DNA of 64,000 nt from the NCBI RefSeq assembly GCF_963921235.1, contig NC_086120.1, forward strand, positions 8,804,001 to 8,868,000, written 5' to 3'. A model generated the notes under the pieces. It was not told where the DNA came from. It saw only the letters and a program-made list of their open reading frames with translations, and ran no database searches. Positions 26,390-38,920 of the stretch are shown piece after piece. Origin of the DNA: Mobula hypostoma. Its lineage: Eukaryota. A program made the translations under genes and the position numbers. How positions within the stretch are numbered: position 1 is the first letter of the stretch; every line of letters starts with the position of its first letter.

Positions 26390-27950
26390 GGGGCACATAT
26401 GTTTTCCCACCTGCTATGGGTGGTGTGTATGTGTATTTCTCCCTCAATCTTGGGTCATCTACCAGAGGCCTGGGGGCTTGAAGGTTTGGCACAGTATCCT
26501 TGCCGTCCCCAGTCGTGCACTCTTCTGGACAGACATATCAGATGTTACTCTTGGCATTGGTTGGAGCCACTCTCCCAGTCCAGTGTCACAGCTCCAAGTG
26601 CACCTATCACCAGTGGAATTACTCTGGCTTTAATCTTCCATGTTCTTTGTATCTGCTCTTTCAAGCCCTGGTATTTCTCCAGCTTCTCATATTCTTTCTT
26701 TCTAATTTTACTATCAATTGGGAGTGCCACATCTATTAGCATTGCTTTCTTCTGTTCCTTGTCCTGCACTACTATGTCTGGTTGCTTGGCCAGTTCCTGC
26801 TGATCAGTCTATAAGTCCTACAGGATCTTAGCACTGTCATTCTCCACTATCTTCTCAGGTGTTCCTCATTTGATATTGCGCGTGTCCAATCTATTCTCAG
26901 TGCAGATGTTCCTGTACACAATTCCTGCAACTTGACTGTGTATGCTGTCCCTGTCTGCATCTTACACTCTGCTACTATGTGCTGGATTGTTTCAGAGGAT
27001 TCCTTCCACAGTCTGCATCTTGAGTCTTGTTTGGTTTATCGACCCCTGCTTCTATTGCTCTTGTGTTCAGTGTCTGTTCTTGTGTAGACATGAGCAGCAC
27101 CTCTGTGCTGTTCCTCAGCCCTGCCATCTCCAGCCATTGGTAGAACTTTCTTTTGTCAGTTACCACTGATATCTGGAGATGGTACGTCCTGTGCAGCGAC
27201 TTGTCCTGCCATGGCCTCTGGTCCTCTGGTTCTTCTTCACCCATGTCCCCAGCCTGCTGCCTGAGGTATTCTCTAAGCAGGTCATCCTTAAGGGCCATCC
27301 TCCTGACATACTCACTGATGTTTCATATTTCTTCCAGGATTGAAGCCTTGACACTTCCAAGATCTCATCCTCCTTTATTTCAGCAGGTGTGCCGGTGCTC
27401 AATATTGGACTTTTGGTGAAAGCCTCCATGTATTGTTAGTTGTTTCTTGGTCTTGATGTCAGCGGCTTCCAGCTTGTTCCTTGGCCAGCACATTATTGCT
27501 GCTGGGTATCTGATAACTGGCAGGGCAAATGTGTTGATGACTCTGATTGTGTTCTTCCCAATCAGCTGGCTCTGTTGGAACTGTCTCACTCTTTGGAGGG
27601 ACTTGGATATTTCAGCCTTCCTTGAATCCTCATTGTGACTTCCATGTGTCTGCAGGATATCCAGATAGTTGTAGCTGTCCTGAACATCTGATCTGTTGCC
27701 TTCAGGTAACTCAATTCCTTCGGTATTGCTGAGTTTCCCTCTTTTCACCACCATCCAGCTGCACTTTTCCAGTTCAAATGACATCCCAATGTCTCTGCCG
27801 TACACCCTTGTCAGGTGGATTAGTAAGTCAATGTCTCTTTCATTTCTGGCCTACAGCTTGAGGTCATCCACCTACAGGTGGAGGCTGACGGTCACTCCAC
27901 TCTTCAACCTGTTCCCATACCTACACGGAACCCTCAAACTCCCAGGCCTC
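26390..27950 (-). mobile_element. R4/Dong-clade non-LTR retrotransposon (RT plus restriction-like endonuclease), 5' truncated
   Basis: DIGMSFELEKC and INTFALPVIRY (RT); LIDVALP..KEYEKLEKYQGL..VIPLVIGALG (RLE domain). Confidence 0.8.
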
Positions 27951-27959
27951 AAGATTGAG

Positions 27960-28600
27960 GGAAATATACACAAGTACACCACCCATTAGGGGACAGGAAG
28001 AATTATTAAGATTAAATTAAACAAGTAGTGAAAAAGAGAAGGAAAAATACTGTCACACTATTCATGGATTCATTGTCCATTCAAAAATATGATAGCGGAG
28101 GGGAAGAAACTGTTCCTGAAACATTGGGTGTGTGTCTTCAGGCTCCTGTACCTCCTCCTTGATGGCAGCATTAGGTAGAGGGCACGTCCTGAATGATGGG
28201 ACCTGAATGTTGGATACTGTCTGTTTGAGTCATCGCCTTTTGAATGAAACTGCACACACTTTCCAATGCTGATCCCTCAATGAGGACTGGTGTGTGTTCC
28301 TTCAAATTCCTCTTCCTGAAGTTCACAACCAGTTCATTGTTCCTACTGATGTTAAGTGCAAGGTTGTTGTTGCAATACAATTCAACCAGCTGATCTATCT
28401 CACTCCTGTACACCTCCTCATCACCATCATTTGTTTTGTCACCATCAATGTTTTCGACAGTTTATCTCATGAAGAACTGCTAATAATGTCCTACCTTGCA
28501 TGTTATTGTCCTCAGATTTTAAATGATTTTATTTTACAAAACAGAGTCACAAGGGAAGGGTATTGGATCTGTCAGTGATAATAAACCTGATTCTGATTCT
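27960..28600 (-). mobile_element. Rex1/L2-type LINE 3' fragment
   Basis: NNLALNI..ELVVNFRK motif and LPSRRRYRSLKTHTQCFRNSFFP tail. Confidence 0.65.
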
Positions 28601-28689
28601 GACTGAGCTGTGTTAATTGGAGCCCAAATTATTGCTTTTATTCTCTTTTTCTAGTGTTAGTTTTGCTTACACTTGCTTTCATGTTTGTA

Positions 28690-30130
28690 TAATCACAAGG
28701 ACTCCGAAGAGATTCAAACCCCTTAAGGCAGCCGGGCCAGACAACATCCCAGGCTGAAGACTCATGAAATGTACACACCAGCTCACTGACCTCTTCACGG
28801 ACATCTACAACACTTCACTCATCCAGGCTGCTGCCCCATATGCTTCAGATCAGCCACCTTCATTCCTGTACAAAAGTACTCGACACTCTCAGAACTAAAC
28901 GACCATCGACCGGTGTCACTGACACCAATTATCATGAAGTGTTTTAACAGCTGGTAATGGCACACGTTAACAGCTCATTGCTGCCACACTGGACACTCAC
29001 AAATATGTTTACTGAATGACGAATGCAATAGCATCTGTCATGCACCTGGCCCTGGTACACCGAGAAAACAGGAACACTTGTGTCAGAACAAGAGAAAATC
29101 TGCAGATGCTGGAAATCCAGGCAACACACATAAAATGCTGGAGCAACTCAGCACGCCAGGCAGCAGCTATCGAAAAGAGTACAGTCGACGTTTCAGACCA
29201 AGACCCTCCAGCAGGACTGTCAGAATGCTGTTTCTGGATTGCAGTTCAGCATTCAACACTACTGTCCCACAGACCTTGGTGAAAAAACTCCTACCCCACA
29301 GCCTAAATCCACCACCGTGCAACTGGTTGTTGAACTTCCGAACAAACAGACCTCAGATAGTCAGGATGCACAACTGTTCCTCCCTCTCCATGATCCTTAA
29401 CACAGGTGCCCCCACCCCCAGGGCTCTGCGCTGACCCCATTGTTAAACACTCTGCTCTCACATCACTTCACAGCCAAATATTAAGTAATCACATTGTCAG
29501 GTTTCCCAATGACACAACAGTGGTGGGGCTCATCACGAACAATGATAATACAGCCTTCAGAGAGGAGGTGGAAGAGTTTGATGCCTGGTTCCAGGCAACT
29601 AACTTGTTCCTCAATGTCAGCAAGACAAGGAAGATTGTTATTGATGTCAGGAGAACTCACACCACACACATCACATTGGCCACACATCATGCATCATCTC
29701 TCATCATCCCAGAAGACATCCTACACACTTGGGAAAACTCACCTACACTTCTACTTCCGAGGAGGCTGAAGTGAGCTGGACTGTGCACATCTTTACTCAT
29801 GTCCTTCTGCAGATGTGCAATACAGAGCATCCTAACAAGCTTTCTCATTGCATGGTAAGGAAACTGCTCTGTGCTGGACAGGAAGTTCAATACCATGGGT
29901 ATGCCCAATGCATCAGTGGCACAAGTTGACCCACCATCAAGTACGCATAAGCAGAATGGTGCCAGTAATGTCATGAAGGATCCCACCAACCCTGCACATT
30001 GACTGTCCCACTCCCAGCTGGGAGGATGCTGCGTGGCATCCACACCAGGACCACTAGATTCAAAAACAGTTAATTTCCCTAAGTACAAAGGATGACTAAC
30101 TCCTACACCCATGAACGCACACCTCCACAC
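28690..30130 (+). mobile_element. Rex1/L2-type LINE RT with a Penelope-derived insert at about 29070-29220
   Basis: [24 protein letters not shown] and FPNDTTVVG motifs; the insert matches the 45024-45215 element family. Confidence 0.7.
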
Positions 30131-30134
30131 CTCA

Positions 30135-31225
30135 ACATGATCATTTCCTGTCAGAACAAAGGGACAACATTCGCCTCCCTCCAATCCTCCGGTACCATTC
30201 CCGTGGACAACGAGGACATAAAGATCCTAGCCAGAGGCTCAGCAATCTCTTCTCTCGCCTCGTGGAGCAGCCTGGGGAATATTCCATCAGACCCGGGGAC
30301 TTATCTGTCCTAATGTATTTTAACAACTCCAACACCTCCTCTCCCTTAATATCAACATGCTCCAGAACATCAACCTCACTCATATTGTCCTCACCATCAT
30401 CAAGTTCCCTCTCATTGGTGAATACCGAAGAGAAGTATTCATTGAGGACCTCGCTCACTTCCACAGCCTCCAGGCACATCTTCCCACCTTTATCTCTAAT
30501 CGGTCCTACCTTCACTCCTGTCATCCTTTTTTTCTTCACATAATTGAAGAATGCCTTGGGGTTTTCCTTTACCCTACTTGCCAAGGCCTTCTCATGCCCC
30601 CTTCTTGCTCTTCTCAGCCCCTTCTTAAGCTCCTTTCTTGCTTCCCTATATTCCTGAATAGACCCATCTGATCCTTGCTTCCTAAACCTCATGTATGCTG
30701 CCTTCTTCCACTTGACTAGATTTTCCACCTCACTTGTCACCAATGGTTCCTTCACCCTACCATTCTTTATCTTCCTCACCGGGACAAATCTATCCCTAAC
30801 ATCCCGCAAGAGATCTCTAAACATCGACCACATGTCCATAGTACATTTCCCAGCAAAAACATCATCCCAATTCACACCTGCAAGTTCTAGCCTTATAGTC
30901 TCATAATTTGCCTTTCCCCAATTAAAAATTTTCCTGTCCTCTCTGATTCTATCCTTTTCCATGATAATGCCAGGGAGCGGTGGTCACTGCCCCCAGATGC
31001 TCACCCACTGAGAGATCTGTGACCTGACGCAGTTCATTACCTAGTACTAGATCTAGTATGGCATTCTTCCTGGTAGGCCTGTCCACATACTGTGACAGAA
31101 ATCCGTCCTGGACACAGTTAACAAACTCTGCCCCATCTAAACCCTTAGAACTAATCAGGTGCCAAATAATATTAGGGAAGTTAAAATCACCCATGATAAC
31201 AACCCTGTTATTTTTGCACCTTTCC
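30135..31225 (-). mobile_element. CR1 fragment (endonuclease end, tether, RT start)
   Basis: 273-aa ORF with ENPKAFFNY and DKSPG; upstream GDFNFPNI and ILDLVLG. Confidence 0.87.
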
Positions 31226-31886
31226 ATGATGAACGTCTGATAAAACAGCTGTAACCATCAATGTGGCAACTCCTTTTGACTCCTGAAGAACTTTCTGGAC
31301 AATATCACCTCCAGATCTAACCAGAGTTACAAAAGGGAATTGTACTATATTGGAGATGGATACTGTCATTTCATCTCAGTGACTAGACAGTACAGAAACA
31401 AGACATCAGTCAATTATCAACTTCATGAACTGCCTAAAACAAGAAGGTTTTACCTGGGAGGTGCCAGAACTAAATTCACCGTCTCAGACTCACAGGTCAT
31501 CATAAGAGGGTAAATAATGGTGAATCAGAATGTTTCCCTCAGAAATTGAGGCCATTTGGCCTGTTCACCTCAGACCAGCTGGATATTAAAAACATTACGT
31601 GCACCAGCCTTTCTCCCCACAGTCCAGCAGTTTCAGATACGTAACTGGCTCCAGTTTCAAAATAACAATTGAATCTCCCTGCACTAATAACTTGGCTGTG
31701 AGATGGACATAGATAAAACTCAAGTGAACTGACAGGTGGCCACACATCACACAACATTTTTTGAACTCAAACCCATTACTTTTTCCCAAAGGCTAAACAT
31801 TCAGGAAACTCCTTATCACAGTACATTGATAGAATTTTTTCTGTGGTCCAAGACTAGATATTCTTACTTATTTGTGAGATATCCGC

Positions 31887-32506
31887 AGGAGGAGAAGATG
31901 GCAGCGTGTTGCAAGTGCGCAGCTCTCTGGTGAAAAATGATGTCGTATCTGTTAAATAGGGGCTGTGGACAATTCTGATTTGATGGAGAATGGACACGAA
32001 AGAACAGAGGAACATCTGGAGAAATTTCTGAAATGCCCGTCTGCTGCTGTCGTTACAGTGTGTGGTTGGGAATCTTTTGGAGGGTAGGCCTCAAAATCCC
32101 CAGTCTTGCCTGCTTTTGGCAACCAAGAAGGAGGTCGAATCGTTCAGCAGAGATGCCGCTCAGTACCCGGTGTCGGAGAGCTGATCAGAGCTCGAAGTTT
32201 TCGGATGACCAGAGTCGGATTGTGGTCGGCATGGAAGGGAGAGTTTTTCTTCCTTCTCCCGTCTGCATGAGATGCTGGACATTTGAGAAACTTTAAACTT
32301 TACTGTGCTCACGGACTATCTTCATCAACTTATGGTATTGTTACACTGTTTGTAACTATATTTATAATTATGTGGTTTTGTCAGTTTTTTCCGTCTTGGT
32401 TTGTCCTGTGCTTTGTGATATCACACCGGAGGAAATAATGTATCATTTCTTAATGCATGCATTACTAAATGACAGTAAAAGGGGACTACGTGTCTTCATA
32501 ATCTAA
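31887..32506 (+). mobile_element. About 620 bp non-coding interspersed element (SINE-like), copy 1
   Basis: Collinear with 56577-57213; starts GGAGAAGATGGC and ends CATAATCTAAT. Confidence 0.65.
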
Positions 32507-32621
32507 TATTTCCAATTTGTAACTTGGAAGTGAACTTGCAGGGGACACCTCCTGCTTTTTCTCACCTTGTGTACTTGCAGGTGAGCTGAAAGATTTGGAA
32601 GGAGTTCTTAGAGTAACATGG

Positions 32622-33260
32622 GGTTGTAGATTAATTTTAAGTGCTTTAGAAATTAAAGACATATTTCTAAAGCACTTAAAATTAATTTACAACCTAATAA
32701 ATTAACTGTGCTCTTTGGAATAGTTCCTCAAAATATTCATGGTACTTCTGTGTCTGACCAACATGTTATTGCATTTGTTACATTGTTAGCTAGGAGGGCC
32801 ATTTTGTTGAAGTGGAAAGATACATCAGCTCCCACTTTGTCACAATGGCTCTCTCAAGTGATGCTATGTCTTAGTTTGGAGAAAATTAGAAGCCGAACCT
32901 TTGAACCTTTATTTGATGTTGAGAAAAGATGGGGCTCATTTGCTCGTTATTATCATTTGAATTAATTGATATAATTTTTCCACGATCTAATTGTAAATTA
33001 TTTTAGTATATTTTCTTTTCTTGCTGAAGTTTGATGTTTATTTTTAGAAGCTTTTTGTATGACGCATGACTCCAGGGTTGTACACCTAATGGGTTCTCTT
33101 TTTTTCTCACTTTATGCTTAGTAGGTTTTTTTTGTTGTCTCAAAAATTTTTTTCAATCTTTAAGATAATGTTTTTTTTTGAGGCATTGTAACTGTCATTA
33201 CTTCGATGTACTCATGTTATTTTTCCTGTATATAACAATAAAAAGGATTTGAATAGAAAG
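32622..33260 (+). mobile_element. L1/Tx1-type 3' fragment with a 5' fold-back
   Basis: LFG..IAFVTLLARRAILLKWK..WL..LSLEKIR C-terminus; A-rich end with AATAAA. Confidence 0.75.
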
Positions 33261-35189
33261 ATAGATTAACATGGGGAAGTAACAGCAGGACATTTTATAA
33301 GTGGACCACACTGAATTCATTGTACACCTCTGGTAGATAGAATGAAATGTTGATGTTTGTTTGTTTAAGCCTATCACCTTCCTGGAGCATTGGCCACCGG
33401 TCAGAGTCCTCTGTCCTGGCCCATTCTTTCAAGTTGTTCACAGGTGTAGCCCATCTTCAAAGACCCATCCTCTCTCAGGGAGGAGCTCTTTGAAGCTTCT
33501 GTTAACATTTCTGTAGCTCTTGGTTTCTACAGGATGCATTACTTGACCCATGTCGAACACTCCTCCTCTTTCAGCTGGGTTTGGGACCATCCATGGTGGG
33601 GTAAATCAATGTCGATGGCAGTGGAAATTGGGCGGCATTCTCCTGGATAGTTTTGAGCTTCTGAAAAATTTTTGGAGCTGTACTCTTCTTCAAAAGTGGA
33701 GAGTGTTCCATTGTGTGCTTGTCTTAGATGTTATAAATAGTGGCAAAGTATCATGGTGGTATGGCACTGAATGCCAGGGGTAGGTAGCTTGACACAACTT
33801 CTTGAACATGACGACAGTCCAGCATATCTGTCATATGAATACTACTTAACCCTTATGAGCCCATTCCTGAATGTTATCCAGGTCTTGCTGGATGTAGTTA
33901 TGAACTGGTGTTTGGCCTGTAATCTTCTCTGCAATTCAAGTGTTTTTTGACATTACCTGCATCTACCAACTCCTCACGAATGATGTTCAAGATTCACACC
34001 ATTTCGTAAGTGGAATGTCTCCCCTCAGGATTTTTCTAAATGTCCTACCTCATCAGTTTAAGGCCATCCCTCGACCAGAGAGATATCCTTCAAATCCCTC
34101 CACCAGAAAAATATCTTTAATATCTACTCTCTATCTTCCTCATTATCTCATATATCTCTATCAACTCACACACTGACTACTCCAAGTTCCCAAGATACAA
34201 ACTCAGTCGATCCAGTCTCTGGTTATACCTGAAAATTCAATCAATTATTGAGATAAGCTTTCGCACAAATATAGCTATTCTGACTATGCCCCGATTAATC
34301 TCAGCCTTTCCATGCATAACTATATCCTATCCTTGGGAATTTTACTATACTTCCCTTCCACTGATTTAAAACACATGGCCCGACATTGCCTAGTTTATAT
34401 CTGCTGCCCTTTTGAATAATGGGACCACCTTTGCTATTCTCCAGTCATCTTCTATCTCACCCGCGGCAAATAAAGTGCAAAAGTCTCCATCTATGAGATG
34501 TGGACGGAAATTGCAGCAGCCAAAATAATATAGCAGGGATATAGACCTTGTGGAAGCAGATTGGTTTAGTTTAATTTGACTTCATTATTGGCACATGGGC
34601 CAAGTGACCAAATCCTTTGATGAAATGTTTGATATTCTGCTCCACAAATTAAGAACCATTCCTCTTCCTGTTCCTCTGCCTGCACAATGACCCCACTTGT
34701 CTGGCCATGCCTCTGTCCCTAGAGGAAGACTATCCCCAATCAGTACTCCGAATATCATACAGTTAGAGAGCAGGGAGTCCTCACGGCTCTGCTGACCTAT
34801 CTCCCTGCACCAGTCTGCCTGGTGATCTCCTCGTCTCCCTGATACATGCACTCACTTTAGCTGCAGGATGACCAGCTCCTGAAGCCTACTGCACATGAAA
34901 CATTCAGCCTTGTGGATGGACTTTTATTGCCCAAGCTCCAAACTCAGAGGATGTGCTCCTTCAGCTGAAAATACTTCCGGTACCTATCATTGTACGGAAA
35001 ACAGGAAACCTCCTGAGTTTCCATATTGTCCAGGGTGTCCATTCCCATTGCTCTAAGATTCCCTGCCAAAGCTGTCTCTATCAGACTGCCTCTATTAACA
35101 AGGAAAATCTACACTTGAAATGCCATCACTATAATATGACTTTGTAAAGAGGTGTTTTGGTCATGTCTGGCAAGCTGGAGAAAATTGGG

Positions 35190-38100
35190 CTCTGAGATTT
35201 TTAAGAGCACCATAATTGGTTAATTTTTTGTTAATTGTTTTCCTTGCTTTTGTTTTGAATGACTCACTCTTTATCATGCAGACTCTGGGTGTTTTATGTT
35301 TAAACTTGTTAAACTTATCTTGAGGATTCCATGTTATATGTAATATTTAAGTGGCGACACAATTAGTGCTAACAGCAGGGTCCGAGTTTTGAGAATGTTT
35401 ATTCATTGATTTCTAATTAAATGTGGTATTATGAATATATGGTGTTTCTTAAACCCAGCAGATAGAGAATTCTCATTTTTTCTTTCATGTTCATCACACG
35501 TATTCCAGAATTGACTATTTTTTATGAAGAACCAAATGATTCGATTAGTTTGATCTTGTGAATATAAAGAGATTGCAATTTCTGACCATGCTCCTGTGCT
35601 TTTATCTGTAAATCTTTCAGGTTTTCCTGAGACAAACGGATTCTGGCATTGTAATTTAACTTTGTTATCTGAGAAGGATTTTTGAAAGTTCTTGGAGAGG
35701 CAAATTATTCTCTTGTTTGAAGAGAATACGGTGGAGGAGATTTCTAGTCTTGTCATACGGGATGCCTTTAAAGTATATATTAGAGGACAAATCATTTTTT
35801 TATATTGCAAGTGTTAAGAAAAAAGCAAAAATGAGAGAATTAATTTAGCCAATCAGCTGAAACAATTAGATGAAGAATATGCTCTGTCTTCAGATGCTGT
35901 TTTGTATAAAAGACGGGTTGAAATTAAAACTAAATTTGATTTTTATTAACATATCCTATTGAAACTCAACTCCTAAAGGATAAAAGTCAATTTTATATAC
36001 ATGGAGATAAAACAGTTAAATTATTGGCTAACCGAATTAAAACTTCTAGTGCTAAATGACAGATTAAAGAAGTTCATAAAGCTAACAGTATTAGGATAAC
36101 TGATCATTTAGAAATAAATGATACTTTTAGAGAATTTTATTCCAAACTTTATAGTTCTGATCCTCTTAAAGATAATACTGTAATAGATAATTTTTTAGAC
36201 TAATTAAATATCCCCACACTTACTGCTGATAACCGAAAACAATTGGATCTATGTATTTCTCATGAAGAAATAGCCGAGGCTGTATGCTCTCTGCATTCAG
36301 GGAAAGATTCTGGTCCTGATTGATTTTCTGGAGAACTTTATAAGGTTTTTCTTCTTTGTTTCTACCTCATTTATGTTCAGTTTTTTCAGATTCTTGTAAG
36401 TCAGGTAGGTTGCCACAATCTTTTTCATGAAGCTTCTATTTAGCTTATCCTTAAAAAAAATAAGAACCCAACTGAATGTTCTTCATATAGACCAATTTCC
36501 GTACTTAATGTTGATGACGAAATCCTCTCTAGAGTTCTGGCCCGTAGGGTGGAAAATATCTTACCATCTATCATTTCTGACGATCAGACTGGTTTTATTG
36601 AAAATCGATATTCTCACTTCCTCGGTTATTAAATGTTATATATTCTCCTTTTAAGGAGATATTGGAGTGCGTGATATCCTTAGACTCTGAGAAGGCTTTT
36701 GATCGGGTTGAATGGTATTATTAAATTTTGGTCCAACTTTATTCAATGGATTAAATTACTGTACTTACCTCCTTTTGCTCGCGTTCTTATTAATTCTCAG
36801 AATACTAAACCATTTAAACTTCAACGTGGAACCAGACAACGTTGCCCTTTGAGTCCTTTGCTATTTGACCTGGCCTTAGAACCTAATGATATCACTGTTA
36901 TTTTACGGAAGGGTACTATCCACAAAGTTTCACTTTATGCGGATGACTTACTGCTTTACATTTCTAATGTCGAAACTTCATTACCTTCCGTGCTTTCTTT
37001 ACTCTCTTATTTAAGTTGGTTTTCTGGATATAAATTGAACCTACACAAGAGTGAACTTTTTCCTTTGAATAATTTGGTATCAACTGATATTAACCTTCCA
37101 TTTCAAATTGTAAGAAACCAATTCACTTATTTGTGTGTAACATTTACTAAGAATTATAAATACCAATTTAAAGAAAATTTTCTTACTTTATTAAATTATA
37201 TAAAAAGAACATTATCAAATTGGTTGCCCCTTTCATTAACATTGATTGGTCGAATTAATTCTATTAAAGTGAATGTTTTACCTAAACTACATACCTCTTT
37301 CAGGCTTTACCTGTTTTTATTCCTAAATCCTTTCTTGACCCTCTGGACTCTATTTTATCCTCCTATATATGGAAAAAGTAAACATCTTCAATTGAATAAA
37401 GTCCATCTCCAGAAAGTTAAAAAGAATGGAGATTTCGCTTTACCAAATTTTAGGTTTTATTACTGGGCAGCTAATATACAGAATCTCACGTTTTGGTTAC
37501 ACTATATTAATCATGAGGACTGTCCTGGATGAGTTTCTTTAGAAGCTAACCCAGTTAGTAAATTTTCTATTATATCTCTTTTGGGATTTTCACTTCCTTT
37601 ATCCTTAAGTAAGATAACTGAAAATGTGGTAGTCAAACATACTTTGAGGATTTGGAGACAATTTAGAAAACACTTTGGTTCATTGAGATTCTCCCTTTCT
37701 CATCCCTTTTTTTAAAATTATCTTTTTAAGCCTTCTATGACTGATGTAGTTTTTAAACAATGGGAAGGATTGGGCATTACATGTTTCCAAGATCTGCTTG
37801 TGGAGGAAGTCTTTCTTCTTTCAAACAATTGTCAACTAAATATAGTTGACCAAACACCCATATTTTCGGTACTTACAATTTAGAGATTTTCTGCAATCTC
37901 AATTATATACATTTCCTAATAGTCCTGATAAGAACGTATTGGATGAAATTCTTTAAATGAAATCATTTTATAATGGTTCAATATCCAATATTTATGGTAC
38001 GTTGTTGGGAATGAGAAATGATTCTTTAGACAAAATCAAAAATCTTTGGGAACAAGGTTTACAGACTTCAATTTCTGAAGAAACTTGGAATGAAATTTTT

Positions 38101-38920
38101 AAATTGGTTAATACTTCATCTTTATGTGTTCGTCATTCCCTCCTGCAATTTGAAGTGGTTCATAAGGCTTATATGACCAAGGATATGTTATCTCATTTTT
38201 ATATGGATACATCTCCCTTATGTGATTGGTGTAAGAATGGAGAAGCTTCATTTATTCATCTGCTTTGGACATGCCCAAGACTTGAAAAATATTGGAAGGA
38301 ATTATTACAAACTTTTTCTGTACTCATAAAGTAAATGTTAAGCCTAATCCTTTGACTGCCCTATTTGGTATTGTTGGAAGGAAAGATATCATCTTGAAGA
38401 CATCTGATTTGCACATTCTGGCTTTTATCTCTCTTATGGCTAGGAGGGCGCTTTTGTTTAAATGGAAGGATGTTGTTCCGTCCAACCATGCTCAGTGGTT
38501 ACGGGATGTTATGGCATGCCTAAATTTAGAAAAGATTTGTTGTTCAATTTCTGAATCTAACCAAGATTTTCAAAATTTGTGGGGGCCATTTTTAAATTAT
38601 TCTCATAATCTTTGACTTCTCGTTAAAGTACACAAGTTGGATAATAGCACATTTTATTCTCTGATAAGGTTTTTTTTTTCTTTTTTTTTTCCGAAACAGC
38701 TTCGACTTTGGTAGTGGGCATAGATTTTTTTATATAAAACTGTTTATATTCCAATGTACAAATTATTCTAATCTATATGAATATAGGGTAAGGAGTTCGT
38801 TAATGTGATTCTATATACTGTACCTGGTATCATTATATTTTTTCTTTTGTTTTATAATATGTATTCCCTTGGACTCTGTATTCTTCTATATAGAAATCAA
38901 TAAAAATACTGAAAAAGAAA
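35190..38920 (+). mobile_element. L1/Tx1-type ORF2 (endonuclease, RT, C-terminal Cys motif), heavily mutated
   Basis: YSRIDYF and SDHAP (endonuclease); GTRQRCPLSPLLF and SLYADD (RT); CDWC..HLLWTC; AATAAA and A-rich tail near 38900. Confidence 0.85.
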
